Source: Promethearchaeota archaeon (GTDB lineage Archaea; Asgardarchaeota; Lokiarchaeia; Sigyniarchaeales; SOKP01). From it: a stretch of DNA of 64,000 nucleotides. Numbering within the stretch: the first letter of the stretch is position 1; each line of letters starts with the position of its first letter. Under the pieces are notes generated by a model that was not told the DNA's origin, made no database searches, and worked only from the letters and a program-made list of their open reading frames with translations. The position numbers and the translations under genes are program-made. The stretch is from positions 266,991 through 330,990 of the forward strand of contig JAHPZE010000002.1 of the NCBI GenBank assembly GCA_019058365.1, given 5' to 3'. Shown piece by piece: positions 30,765 through 41,412 of the stretch.

Positions 30765-31643
30765 ATGGCAAAGAATAAAAATTTTGAGTTAAATATACTA
30801 TTAAATGCAATTTCCTCGGAAATAACTTATAATATATTAAAACTTTATGAAGATAATAGTTTTAATTTAACCGACACCGCCAAACGATTAAATTTCTCCA
30901 TATCCACAGTACAAGATAATCTTAAAAAACTTCTTCAATCCGATTTAATTTATTTATGTGAAAAAGAATACCATCTATCGAGTTTGGGAAATTATTTTTT
31001 ATCAAAATTAAAAGAATTCGAAGAAGTAAATAAATTAAGGCATTTATTTGGAAAAGTCCCTTCAAAATTAATCCCTTGCGAATTTATTGAAGAGCTTATC
31101 CCGTTATTAAAAAACATAAAACTTAAAGAGACATCTTGGCATTTTCTAAATTCTTTTAATGAATTATTAGCTAGATTTAAAGATGAGATAGAAAAGGGAG
31201 TATTTACTGGAGAGATTAAAGTTTTAGGTTGGTGGGATGTTAATTTTGATTTTGAACTTTTAAAGGCTATCTTTCCTGATATGATAATGGAATATAAATC
31301 TCTGTTAAAATACTTTAAAAATCTTAAATTTAGATTGATCTCGGATAAAAGATTCGCCACTGATTTAGTTAATAATAAATATTTTCAAGATATGATGCAA
31401 TATTTTGATATGGGTGAATATATCAGAATCGTGGAAGATGATATAATTTTTAATTTTACAATCATGGAATATGAAGAAAATTTAAGCTTATTTATTATAG
31501 AAAATAATGATATTGATGTAAAACATCACATATTTATCCAAAATCCTAATAGACATATTTTTTTTAATGATCTTTTTAATTATTATCAAGAAAAATCTAT
31601 CCCAATTGATGAATATATGAAGAAATTATTAGTAAATCAATAG
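30765..31643 (+). CDS. Winged-helix transcriptional regulator
   Basis: N-terminal HTH (LTDTAKRLNFSISTVQDNLKKL...LSSLG); likely start ATG 30765; divergent from the ABC genes. Confidence 0.7.
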   Translation: MAKNKNFELNILLNAISSEITYNILKLYEDNSFNLTDTAKRLNFSISTVQDNLKKLLQSDLIYLCEKEYHLSSLGNYFLSKLKEFEEVNKLRHLFGKVPSKLIPCEFIEELIPLLKNIKLKETSWHFLNSFNELLARFKDEIEKGVFTGEIKVLGWWDVNFDFELLKAIFPDMIMEYKSLLKYFKNLKFRLISDKRFATDLVNNKYFQDMMQYFDMGEYIRIVEDDIIFNFTIMEYEENLSLFIIENNDIDVKHHIFIQNPNRHIFFNDLFNYYQEKSIPIDEYMKKLLVNQ

Positions 31644-32088
31644 GATTAAAATCACACATATTTTCTTCTTTTTTAATTTATGCTAATAAGTTCTGGTTCG
31701 TACATAGTATAAATCTTGCTTTCTTAATTCAAGATCAATGATTGTTCTTTCATAATAATCATTAAATTCTAATTATATTAAATATATGAGTTAAATTTGG
31801 ATTACATTATTTCTTTAATTAATTTTTAATAAGGTTTGCATTAATTTAAAGATTAAAAATTAAAATAGTTCAACTTTTCATCATTTTTAATTTAAATTAA
31901 TAAGTACTAATAGACATAGAATAATTATAAATTAAAATTCAGACAAACCACTAAGTAAACAATCGAAAATTTAATGGGTTTCTTCAGAATTTTTGGCTCT
32001 ATTTTATTAACTTTACTGATAATATATGTTAGACCAAATATTTACAATTTTATTATCAATTTAATAGAATAAAAAAGAGAATTTTTTC

Positions 32089-32688
32089 ATGCTAGAATAT
32101 AATCTTATTTCAAAAATAAGGGAATTCGCTATTGATAATTCTGAGAAAGATGATATTCATGGTTTCTTACATGTTGAGCGAGTCCTAAATTTATGTCTAC
32201 AATTAGGTAAACATTTAAACGCTAATTTATTGATACTTGAAATTGCAGCATTACTTCATGATATTGGCAGAAAATGTAAATATAATAAGATATATAGTAA
32301 GAATCATGCTGAATTATCAGCTGAGATGGCTTTTAAATTCTTAAACTCTTATGATTTTAAACTCTCTCAAGAAGATTTTGATAATATAATTCACTGTATT
32401 AGAACACATTCATTCTCAAATAATTCAACCCCTCAAACTCTTGAAGCAAAAATATTGTCTGATGCGGATAAATTGGATGCTCTTGGTGCAATAGGGTTAT
32501 ACCGGACAATAGGATTTACCATAAAAAATAAAGGAAATCTTAATGATGTTATAAAACATTTAAGAGAAAAAATAATTAAATTGAAAGATATGTTATTACT
32601 TGATATTTCAAGAAAGATAGCTAGAAAAAGATACAAAATCGTGCTAGATTTTTATAAACAAATAAAAAATGAAGCAGATTTAGATTAA
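32089..32688 (+). CDS. HD-domain phosphohydrolase
   Basis: H..HVERV, LLHDIG, HAE, DADKLDALGAIG. Confidence 0.9.
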   Translation: MLEYNLISKIREFAIDNSEKDDIHGFLHVERVLNLCLQLGKHLNANLLILEIAALLHDIGRKCKYNKIYSKNHAELSAEMAFKFLNSYDFKLSQEDFDNIIHCIRTHSFSNNSTPQTLEAKILSDADKLDALGAIGLYRTIGFTIKNKGNLNDVIKHLREKIIKLKDMLLLDISRKIARKRYKIVLDFYKQIKNEADLD

Positions 32689-32818
32689 AAAAGGAATTAA
32701 AAATTAATCTTATTTTTAAAAAAAAAATTTTTTTAATTATTCATTGCTATTTTTATTAAAGTATGAAAAAATTATAAAATAATATTAACACTGGATTGAA
32801 AGTTCAGAAAAAATAGAA

Positions 32819-34792
32819 ATGACTCATTTTAAAACTTATCCTTTTACTGCTATTGTAGGACAAGATCTTATGAAACTTGCGCTTATTCTAAACGCAATAA
32901 ATCCAAAAATTGGTGGACTCTTAATAAAAGGGACAAAAGGAACTGCAAAATCAACCGCTGTAAGAGCTTTAGCAGATTTACTTCCTGAAATTGAGATTAT
33001 TAAAGATTGTCCATTTAATTGTAATCCATACGTTCTAAAAGAATCATGTCATGAATGCCAACATAAAATAATTGATAAAAAGTTGAAGAATACTGATATA
33101 GAATTTCGTAAAATGCGCGTTATTAATCTACCTATAAATGCCACTGAAGATAGAGTAGTAGGGACAATTGATATTAAAAAAGCACTGGAAGAAGGATTGA
33201 AAGCTTTAGAACCGGGAATTTTAGCAGAAGCAAATAGAAATATTCTTTATATAGATGAAGTAAATCTACTTGCTGATAATGTGGCAGATGTATTATTGGA
33301 TAGTGCGGCAATGGGAATTAATAATATTGAACGAGAAGGTATTAGTATTCATCACCCTTCTAATTTTATCTTAGTAGGAACGATGAATCCTGAGGAAGGA
33401 AATCTGAGACCTCAACTTTTAGATCGATTTGGATTAAGTGTGGAGGCAAAACCTATTTTAAATATCAATAAACGAGTTAAAATAATAAAATACGTTGAAG
33501 ACTATCATTATGATCCTCATAAATTTCACGATAAGTTCGAAACTAAACAAAAATTATTAAGAGAGAAGATTGTTAAGGCTCGTGAAATTCTTAATAAAGT
33601 TAAAATTTCAGATGAACAATTAGAAAACATTGCAAAATTATCTATTAAACTGGAAATTGATAGTCACCGTGCAGATATTACTATAAATATAACAGCAAAA
33701 ACTATTGCTGCTTTTCATGGAAGAATCAACGTTTTAGATGAAGATATAAAAATAGCAGCAAGATTGGCATTAGCACATCGTTTAAGAAAACTTCCATTTG
33801 AAGAACAAGCAATAAATGAAGATGATATCGAAAAGATGTTTGAAGAACAAGATAAGGAAGAAGCACAGAAATTGAATATAAATAATCCAGAACATCGAAA
33901 TAATAAAGAAATTATAAATCTAAAAGAGGAAATTTTCGATATAGATACTAAGATATCTACAGATGGACTATTAGAAAAAAAAAGAATTGTAACAGATATG
34001 AACACCTCTGGTCAAAGAATATTACACCCTACTCGTGATAAAAAGGGGAAATATATTGGTGGTCAAAAACCCAAAGATTTTAATTTTAAATCGTCTTCGG
34101 ATATTGCTATTCTTGAAACTATTAATAAGGCCGCTTTAGAACCTGAAAATAAAAATGCTTTTAAAAATGGAGCAAAATTAGAAATTAAAAATGAACATAT
34201 ATATATTAAGAAAAGAATTGGAAAATCAAGCAATTTATTTATTTTCTGTGTTGACGCTTCAGGATCGATGGGAGCAAATGAAAGAATGATAACCGTTAAA
34301 GGAGTGATATTTTCTATCCTTCAATCTAATTATGTATATCGCGATAAAGTCTCATTAGTTGTTTTTCGTGGAGACGATGCAGAAGTTATTTTACCTCCCA
34401 CTCGAAGTATTGATTTAGCATATAAATTATTAAAAGAAATACCTACAGGAGGTACAACACCACTAATTAAAGGGTTAGTAAAAGCATTAGATATTGCTCT
34501 TGAAGAGAAAAGAAAGAAAACAGGATATATACCCTTGATCATTCTTATTTCTGATGCCAGAGGAAATGTATTTTATAAGGACGCTATAGACGATTTAGTA
34601 AAAACTGGTAAAGAAATTTCTAAAAATCAAATTGATATGATTATTATTGATACAGAAGGCTTGGATGTCAAATTAGAAATTAATAAAAAATTATCTGAAT
34701 CAGCAAATGCGAAGTATTATCATATTGATACCATGAATAAAGAAAAAGTAAATGAAATTCTGGGAATGGAAGGATTATTTGAAAATATCTAA
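32819..34792 (+). CDS. chlD: Chelatase ChlD-type subunit (ChlI-like AAA+ plus VWA)
   Basis: [38 protein letters not shown]; MIDAS DASGSM, GGTTP, SDAR. Confidence 0.88.
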   Translation: MTHFKTYPFTAIVGQDLMKLALILNAINPKIGGLLIKGTKGTAKSTAVRALADLLPEIEIIKDCPFNCNPYVLKESCHECQHKIIDKKLKNTDIEFRKMRVINLPINATEDRVVGTIDIKKALEEGLKALEPGILAEANRNILYIDEVNLLADNVADVLLDSAAMGINNIEREGISIHHPSNFILVGTMNPEEGNLRPQLLDRFGLSVEAKPILNINKRVKIIKYVEDYHYDPHKFHDKFETKQKLLREKIVKAREILNKVKISDEQLENIAKLSIKLEIDSHRADITINITAKTIAAFHGRINVLDEDIKIAARLALAHRLRKLPFEEQAINEDDIEKMFEEQDKEEAQKLNINNPEHRNNKEIINLKEEIFDIDTKISTDGLLEKKRIVTDMNTSGQRILHPTRDKKGKYIGGQKPKDFNFKSSSDIAILETINKAALEPENKNAFKNGAKLEIKNEHIYIKKRIGKSSNLFIFCVDASGSMGANERMITVKGVIFSILQSNYVYRDKVSLVVFRGDDAEVILPPTRSIDLAYKLLKEIPTGGTTPLIKGLVKALDIALEEKRKKTGYIPLIILISDARGNVFYKDAIDDLVKTGKEISKNQIDMIIIDTEGLDVKLEINKKLSESANAKYYHIDTMNKEKVNEILGMEGLFENI

Positions 34793-34801
34793 TTGTGAAT
34801 A

Positions 34802-37800
34802 TTGATTATGAATCAAAATATAGATAATACGAGAGATACACCTAAAATTACATTAATTACAGCTTCTGTTTTTTTGAAATGGTTAACCGAAGGTATTCAC
34901 GAGATTTATAGTCAATTTGGAAGGTTATTCGATTTTAAAATTTTTTTTCTTAATGATTTGGACTCAGGAAAAATATCAAAAGAGGAAGTTCAAGAAGCTA
35001 TTTATCAATCTAAAGTTATGTTAATTGATATCCGAGGAAATTCTCCTACAGTTGAACTATTGGTAAAATCTTATGAAGAAATGGAAAAAAATCAACCAGA
35101 ATTATTTGATACCAAAGAAATAATAGCATTAGTGGGAGGGAATAGCGAAATAAGAGGTTTAACAAAAATGGGGCCCTTTCAAGCCCGAAAAATACCTTCT
35201 CCTCAAAATAGGGAGTATAATATCGATGAAATACCAGATTTAACGAAAGCAGTAAGATTTGGACAAAGAATGACTGAGTTTTTGAAATTTTTAGGAAAAG
35301 TATTCCCTTTTAAAGTATTAAGACATGCGCGCTATTGGGTCATAATGATGGATTACTGGGTACATGGATTGGGAGGTATCGCTGAGAATCATAAATACAT
35401 GCTCCTGTTTCTTTTAAAGCACTATTTAGGATATAAGAATATTAAGGTTCCCAAACCAAAAAAGATACCCTCTTTTGGCATTTATGATCCTCAATTGAAT
35501 GAATATTTTAATAATACTGAAGATTATTTTAGAAAAAAGCCAATAGACCATAATAAACAAACTATAGGAATATTTTTTTATGGAGGATTATACTTTGAAC
35601 AATCTTTACCTATAGTAAAAGAATTTATGAAAAATTTCTCAGAATTTAATACTCTTCCTGTTTTTTCTGATGTTTTAACAAATGTAGAAGCTTATCAAGA
35701 ATTATTTTTTAAAGGTGGAGTAAAATTAATAAGCGCTGTTATTAATCTTCAATATTTTCAGTTAAATGGGGGTCCTTTTGGTGGAAATACCTATATAACA
35801 AGGGATTTATTTAAAAAATTAGATATCCCACAATTTAATCCAATTATACAATATGATATGTCTTTTGAGGAATATACTAAATCAAATGAAGGGATTAACC
35901 CCATTAACCAAGTGATTGCAATTGCAATGCCCGAATTAGATGGAAGAATAGAAATGATTACTGTTGGCAGTCTTAAAAATTTAGGATATTCTGATGATTT
36001 AAAATCCAATATTTTAGAAGTACAACCAATAATTGAAAATGTTAAATTCTATGCTCAAATGGTTAAAAAATGGTTATATTTGAGACTAAAAGAAAATTCT
36101 GAGAAAAAACTAGCAATTATTATTTATAACTATCCTCCTGGGGAAGATAAAATAGGTAATGCTGCATATTTAGATGTGTCTGAGTCAATCAAGAATTTAA
36201 TAGAAAAATTAATTAAAGAAGGATACAATACAGAAAAAATCCCTGAAAACAAAAATTTAATGGATTTATTTATTGATTTTGGTGCTGTAAATACACCAAA
36301 ATATATGAAGATCCAAAAATATAATGGACATAAAGTCTCTTTACAAGTCTATCTTAAATTCTTTAAAAATCTTCCTTTACATCTCCAAGATGAAATTATT
36401 GAATATTGGGGACCTCCACCCGGTAAGATTATGGTAGACAATTCACATCTCAAATTACCCATTATTCAATTTGGTAATATATATATTTGTCTACAACCCT
36501 CCAGAAGTAAAGTATCTGGAGATCCTAATGAATATCATAACAAGAATTTACCCCCTCATCATCAATATTTCGCTTTTTATCGTTATTTAGAAAATATTTT
36601 AAATATAGATGCCATAATTCATGTTGGAACTCATGGGACTGAAGAATTTCTTCCAGGCAAGGAATGTGCTGGTTGGATTTATGATTTTAATTTAAACTTA
36701 ATTAGTAGTATACCAAATATTTACTATTATCATATTACAAATACTAGTGAATCAGCTATCGCTAAAAGAAGAAGTAATGCGATTATTATTAATCATGCTG
36801 GACCTTCATTCAAAAACGCGGGATTGTATCAAGAATTTGCTCAGTTAGAGTTATTAATATCTGAATATCAAAATACCAACCTTTCTTTTAGCCTTAAAAC
36901 CCAAAAGAACAATAGAATCGATGATCTCGAAAAAGAAATTAAATATTTAGCAAAAAATATGAATATTGATTACGAACATATAGCAGAGTTGGAAGATAAA
37001 TTATATAGATATAAAGCTTCTGTAATTCCCATGGGGCTTCACATATTAGGAAAATCTTATTCTTCTCAACAAAAATTTGATCTAATTCGAATGATTTTAT
37101 TACACTCAACTGAAAAACCGGATTATGTTGAAGAATTTCTGTCATATTTTAAGAACAAAGAAAAAATTGATGTAAAAAAGGTTAAAAATTACTTAGACAC
37201 TTTTTTTAAGAGTAATGCAAATCAATTGTCTTTTGAAGATATAAATCAAAAGTTAGTATCTGAATATAGTATAAGTGAAGAAATAAATCAATTAACAATA
37301 AAATGGATATTGTCTTTAAAAAACAGAATTGAAAATTCTCTTGAATTAGACAATATCATCCATGCTCTGGAAGGAGGATATATTGAGCCAGGATTAGGAG
37401 GGGATCCAATCCGTTCTCCTCATATTTATCCAACTGGAAAAAATTCATATGGTTTTGATCCACGGCTAATACCTAATTCTACTGCAATAAAACGAGGAAA
37501 TGAAATAGCAGAAAAATTAATTCAAAATTACAAAACTAATAATAATGAGTGGCCCGAAACTGTTAGTGTAGTACTATGGGCCTTTGAAACTATGAAAACT
37601 GGGGGAGAGACTATTGGGCAAATTTTTAATTATTTAGGAGTTAAATCCGTTAAAAATAAATCCATTTGGACCACTGAATTAGAAATCATACCTTTAGAAG
37701 AAATGAATCATCCGAGAATCAATGTGATTATTACAATTTGTGGTATCTTTCGAGATACATTCCCTTATCATCTAGAATTAATTAATAAAGCAATTGAATT

Positions 37801-38605
37801 AGTAGCAGAGCTAGATGAAGATATTGAAAATAATTTTGTAAAAAAATCGATGTTTACATTGAAACAGAAAGGAGTAGAGAATATCGAAGCACGTGTATTT
37901 GGTCCACCTCCAGGAAAATATAATACAAATTTAACAGAGATAATAGCAGCTGGAAAGTGGGATGATGAGACAGAATTGGCAGAAGATTACCTTAAAAATA
38001 TGAGTTTTGCATATATGAAGAACCAGAAAGTAAGACAATTAGAAAAGAATTTTAGATTAAATATTAATGAAATTAAATTAATGAGTCAAATAAGAGATTC
38101 GAGTGAATATCAAATAACAGACTTAGATCACTACTATGAGTTTACTGGAGGATTAGCTCGTACATACAAACAAATTAATGGAAAAGACGCAAATGTTTAT
38201 ATAGCAGATTCTTCTAGTAAAGAAATTAAAATAAATACTTTAAGGGAAAGCATTAAAGAAGGCGCGATAACGCGTTCGTTGAATCCTAAATGGATTAATG
38301 GTTTATTAAAGCATAAGTATCATGGCGGTCAAAAAATAGCTGAAAGAGTAGAAAACTTTCTTGGCTTATCTGCTACAACTCATGAAGTAGATAACTGGAT
38401 TTGGGATAAAGCATATAATCAATATATAGAAAACGAAGAATTGAGGGAACGTTTAAAGGATAATAACAGGTTTGCAATGATGGACATAATAAAAAATATG
38501 CTTCAAGCTAATAACAGAGGTTATTGGGATGCTAATGAAGAACAAATAAATAATTTGAAAAAAATTTATCTTGAAATAGAAAATTGGGTTGAATTAAAGT
38601 ACTAA
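34802..38605 (+). CDS. CobN/ChlH class I chelatase large subunit
   Basis: MPELDGRI, YNYPPG, HVGTHGTEEFLPGK, AKRR, PTGKN, TICGIFRD, NPKWI. Confidence 0.88.
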   Translation: MIMNQNIDNTRDTPKITLITASVFLKWLTEGIHEIYSQFGRLFDFKIFFLNDLDSGKISKEEVQEAIYQSKVMLIDIRGNSPTVELLVKSYEEMEKNQPELFDTKEIIALVGGNSEIRGLTKMGPFQARKIPSPQNREYNIDEIPDLTKAVRFGQRMTEFLKFLGKVFPFKVLRHARYWVIMMDYWVHGLGGIAENHKYMLLFLLKHYLGYKNIKVPKPKKIPSFGIYDPQLNEYFNNTEDYFRKKPIDHNKQTIGIFFYGGLYFEQSLPIVKEFMKNFSEFNTLPVFSDVLTNVEAYQELFFKGGVKLISAVINLQYFQLNGGPFGGNTYITRDLFKKLDIPQFNPIIQYDMSFEEYTKSNEGINPINQVIAIAMPELDGRIEMITVGSLKNLGYSDDLKSNILEVQPIIENVKFYAQMVKKWLYLRLKENSEKKLAIIIYNYPPGEDKIGNAAYLDVSESIKNLIEKLIKEGYNTEKIPENKNLMDLFIDFGAVNTPKYMKIQKYNGHKVSLQVYLKFFKNLPLHLQDEIIEYWGPPPGKIMVDNSHLKLPIIQFGNIYICLQPSRSKVSGDPNEYHNKNLPPHHQYFAFYRYLENILNIDAIIHVGTHGTEEFLPGKECAGWIYDFNLNLISSIPNIYYYHITNTSESAIAKRRSNAIIINHAGPSFKNAGLYQEFAQLELLISEYQNTNLSFSLKTQKNNRIDDLEKEIKYLAKNMNIDYEHIAELEDKLYRYKASVIPMGLHILGKSYSSQQKFDLIRMILLHSTEKPDYVEEFLSYFKNKEKIDVKKVKNYLDTFFKSNANQLSFEDINQKLVSEYSISEEINQLTIKWILSLKNRIENSLELDNIIHALEGGYIEPGLGGDPIRSPHIYPTGKNSYGFDPRLIPNSTAIKRGNEIAEKLIQNYKTNNNEWPETVSVVLWAFETMKTGGETIGQIFNYLGVKSVKNKSIWTTELEIIPLEEMNHPRINVIITICGIFRDTFPYHLELINKAIELVAELDEDIENNFVKKSMFTLKQKGVENIEARVFGPPPGKYNTNLTEIIAAGKWDDETELAEDYLKNMSFAYMKNQKVRQLEKNFRLNINEIKLMSQIRDSSEYQITDLDHYYEFTGGLARTYKQINGKDANVYIADSSSKEIKINTLRESIKEGAITRSLNPKWINGLLKHKYHGGQKIAERVENFLGLSATTHEVDNWIWDKAYNQYIENEELRERLKDNNRFAMMDIIKNMLQANNRGYWDANEEQINNLKKIYLEIENWVELKY

Positions 38606-38624
38606 TTTATCTAAATTATTGATA

Positions 38625-39536
38625 TTATACTAAATGATGAAATTCTTCAGCATTAATAATGACTTCTTTTAAAATTTGAAAGTTTTTATCCTCTCCATGA
38701 ATTAAAAATATCTTATTTTTGATTGGAATTGCTGCTTCTTTTCCGATTAAAACCCATTCTTCTTTAATTAAATTTCTAACTATTGAACCTTCTTTAAATT
38801 TAATATAAACTAATGCTCCTAAAAAACCATTAAATTTAGTTTCTTCAAGTTTCACATCTTCAAAGTCGGGAATTTCATTATTTTTACCTTCATTTTTAAT
38901 CTCATATTCAGTTTTACTCAATAGCAAATTTAAATTAGCTTGAATTAAATTAATATCATTCTCTATATTTCTTTTATAATTGTACTCGAAAATGATAAGA
39001 CCACATTCCTGTGTAAATGTTCCTTTATGACCTATCAGTTCATAATCATATACTATTCGACCTAAAGATTCTGAATGTTCGATAACTTCTGATTTTACTT
39101 TCCATCTCTTTGAAATAAGAGGTTCTATGTATTTTTGAGAACCAGGATGGATGGTATCAATCGTTAACTCTTTTTTTTCTTGATATAGTTTATCTAGAGT
39201 ATCGCCAATATACAACCTCTTTTGTTTTAGGTTCTCAATCTTTCCTTCCAGATTAACTAATATTTCATTAAAAATTTCCAAGGGGGGTTTAGCTATAAAT
39301 TTCATCCTTCGAGGTTGTTTTCTTATTTCTAAAACCTCAATCCAACCTTTATCACTCAGTTTTTCTAATATTCCATATAATGTTGTTCGTGCAATTTGAA
39401 GATTATATTTTAATCTTCCTACCATATCGCCATTGTGCCCTCTTTCAACTAATGCTAAATAGACTATAGCTTCGTCAGCAGTTAAACCAAAATCTTGTAA
39501 ATCTTGAATATATATTTCTTTTTCCTTATCTTTCAT
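38625..39536 (-). CDS. TrmB-family HTH regulator (paralogue of the 43356-44606 gene, without profilin domain)
   Basis: FGLTADEAIVYLAL...RTTLYGILEKL..KGWI; shares CGLIIFEYN and PI.NKI with the paralogue. Confidence 0.8.
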   Translation of the reverse strand: MKDKEKEIYIQDLQDFGLTADEAIVYLALVERGHNGDMVGRLKYNLQIARTTLYGILEKLSDKGWIEVLEIRKQPRRMKFIAKPPLEIFNEILVNLEGKIENLKQKRLYIGDTLDKLYQEKKELTIDTIHPGSQKYIEPLISKRWKVKSEVIEHSESLGRIVYDYELIGHKGTFTQECGLIIFEYNYKRNIENDINLIQANLNLLLSKTEYEIKNEGKNNEIPDFEDVKLEETKFNGFLGALVYIKFKEGSIVRNLIKEEWVLIGKEAAIPIKNKIFLIHGEDKNFQILKEVIINAEEFHHLV

Positions 39537-39590
39537 ACTTTTTCATAAATTATATAATAATTAATTAACATTTTTTATTATATAAATATG

Positions 39591-39610
39591 TTGTCGAGAA
39601 AGGACGACAA
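39591..39610. promoter_or_regulatory. Palindrome TTGTC-N10-GACAA
   Basis: ttgtcgagaaaggacgacaa, adjacent to the minus-strand TATA of the TrmB gene. Confidence 0.6.
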
Positions 39611-39674
39611 TAAGAATTTATTTAAATAGAATTCTTATTTTTGTTTATTTAGATAATTTAAAAATTGAAATAAG

Positions 39675-40376
39675 ATGATAATTGTGAGTAAAAGTAAAAA
39701 AATATGTGAAAGAATCCCTGAGGGTGAAGCAATATTAGATCAGATTGACTTCACAACAGAAGAATATAGTGAAGCATGCAGAAAAATGGAAGGAGAATAT
39801 CGGCGTTTGATAAATTTCATATTTAAAAAACTTGATATTAAAGAAAATTCAAAAATTTTAGAGATCGGGCCAGGACCAGGATGGATTGGAATTATGATGG
39901 CAAAACAAGATCCTTCACTGACAATAATTGGAATTGAACTTTCTAAAGATATGATGCGTGTAGCTAATAAAAACATAAGAAAGGAAGATATTGATGATCG
40001 AATTTCTTATATTCACGGAAATGCTGAAAATATGTATCAATTTTTAGATAATACATTCGATGTTGTTTTTGGAAATGGTACCCTTCATCATTGGGAAAAT
40101 CCTATAAATGTATTTAATGAGATTTTTAGAGTTCTGAAACCAGATGGTGTTTTTTGTATTTCTGATGGTCGACGAGATATAAGATTAGGAGCAAAAGTAA
40201 TTTTTCATACAATGAAATGGTTTATCCCTAAATTTATGAGAATTGGTTGGAAAACTTCAATAAATGCGGGATACACACCCGAAGAATTAACAGAAATATT
40301 AGATCAATCAAATCTAAAAGAAAATTATGAATTAAAAGCTGATCTTTTTGATATATTAGTTTATAATAAAACTTAA
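39675..40376 (+). CDS. Class I SAM-dependent methyltransferase
   Basis: ILEIGPGPG, LHHW, RVLKPDG. Confidence 0.88.
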   Translation: MIIVSKSKKICERIPEGEAILDQIDFTTEEYSEACRKMEGEYRRLINFIFKKLDIKENSKILEIGPGPGWIGIMMAKQDPSLTIIGIELSKDMMRVANKNIRKEDIDDRISYIHGNAENMYQFLDNTFDVVFGNGTLHHWENPINVFNEIFRVLKPDGVFCISDGRRDIRLGAKVIFHTMKWFIPKFMRIGWKTSINAGYTPEELTEILDQSNLKENYELKADLFDILVYNKT

Positions 40377-40396
40377 TATAAGAAAGGGAAGAATTA

Positions 40397-40864
40397 ATGC
40401 CACAAATTGCAAAGGGAGGAAAATATTTATTTGGATGGTCAAGAGTAGGAAATCAAGGTAAAATTAACATTCCTCCCGAAGCTTTTAATGAGTATAATTT
40501 AAAACTGGATAAATATGCCATCTTATTTTCAGGTAGTAAAACTTCAGGTGGATTTGGATTAAGTTCTGTGAGGATTTTAAAAAATTCCATCATGAAAGAA
40601 TTAATAGACAAATATACTTCACTAGCCAATTATAAGATACCTGAGGGAGAGGTTATCGAATTTAAAAATAAAAAATACTGTTGGGTAGCAATCCAAAAAG
40701 ATAGAAGTATAAATCTATCAGAAAAGACTTTAAATGCGTTTGGAATTAAGAAAAACGATAATTTGCTCTCCGGAAGAGGTAGCCATTTAGCTATCGGATT
40801 TATCGCAAAAGGACCAATATTTAAAGAAGCAAAAAAATATCCTGAAATTGAATTTTTTGAATGA
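40397..40864 (+). CDS. Duplicated AbrB/SpoVT-like swapped-hairpin protein
   Basis: GWSRVGNQGKINIPPEA, with a second degenerate repeat. Confidence 0.6.
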   Translation: MPQIAKGGKYLFGWSRVGNQGKINIPPEAFNEYNLKLDKYAILFSGSKTSGGFGLSSVRILKNSIMKELIDKYTSLANYKIPEGEVIEFKNKKYCWVAIQKDRSINLSEKTLNAFGIKKNDNLLSGRGSHLAIGFIAKGPIFKEAKKYPEIEFFE

Positions 40865-40896
40865 AGATAGTCGTTATATTTAAATAGTATGATTCG

Positions 40897-40934
40897 TATG
40901 ATCATATTAATATGATCATACCTATATGATCATA
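40897..40934. repeat. Three TATGATCATA palindromes at 14-bp period
   Basis: Copies at 40897, 40911 and 40925; degenerate copies at 40888 and 40939. Confidence 0.85.
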
Positions 40935-40953
40935 TCAATATGAATCTTAAAAG

Positions 40954-41412
40954 GTGATTAAAATAACTGAATTTCCTGGTAAAAAAGGAAAATATTTTTT
41001 TGGCTCAGTAAAGGTTGGGGAACGCGGTCAAATTGTTATTCCCCTTAAAGCTAGAGAAGTTTTTGGAATTGAAGCTAAAGATGAAGTATATATTGCTGGA
41101 GAATTAAATAAAGGATTAGGTTTAGCTAAAAGTTTGGATATCGATATAAAAGAGTTAGAAAAACATGAACATTATTTTGGTACTGCTAAAGTTGGTGAGC
41201 GAGGACAGATTGTTATTCCACAAGAAGCTCGAGAAATCTTTAAAATAAACTCTGGAGATTTAATCCTAATATTTGGAGATATTAAAAAAGGAATTGCCTT
41301 TACGAAAGCAACAAAATTGAAAAATTTTGCTATAAAGCTATTTCAATCATTCTTAGGAGGCTTCGAGGATATTCAGGAAAACAATAGAGGTGATTTTAAT
41401 GAAGAAGAATAA
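40954..41412 (+). CDS. Tandem AbrB/MazE/SpoVT DNA-binding protein
   Basis: KVGERGQIVIP..ARE.F.I occurs twice. Confidence 0.85.
   Translation: MIKITEFPGKKGKYFFGSVKVGERGQIVIPLKAREVFGIEAKDEVYIAGELNKGLGLAKSLDIDIKELEKHEHYFGTAKVGERGQIVIPQEAREIFKINSGDLILIFGDIKKGIAFTKATKLKNFAIKLFQSFLGGFEDIQENNRGDFNEEE

Noticed and set aside
31644-32088. Long AT-rich intergenic gap as a possible origin or ncRNA
   Set aside because: No ORB-like boxes, no cdc6 neighbour and no convincing structure seen.
40897-40934. Short repeat array as a possible CRISPR
   Set aside because: 10-bp repeats with 4-bp spacers are far too short, and no cas genes are present.
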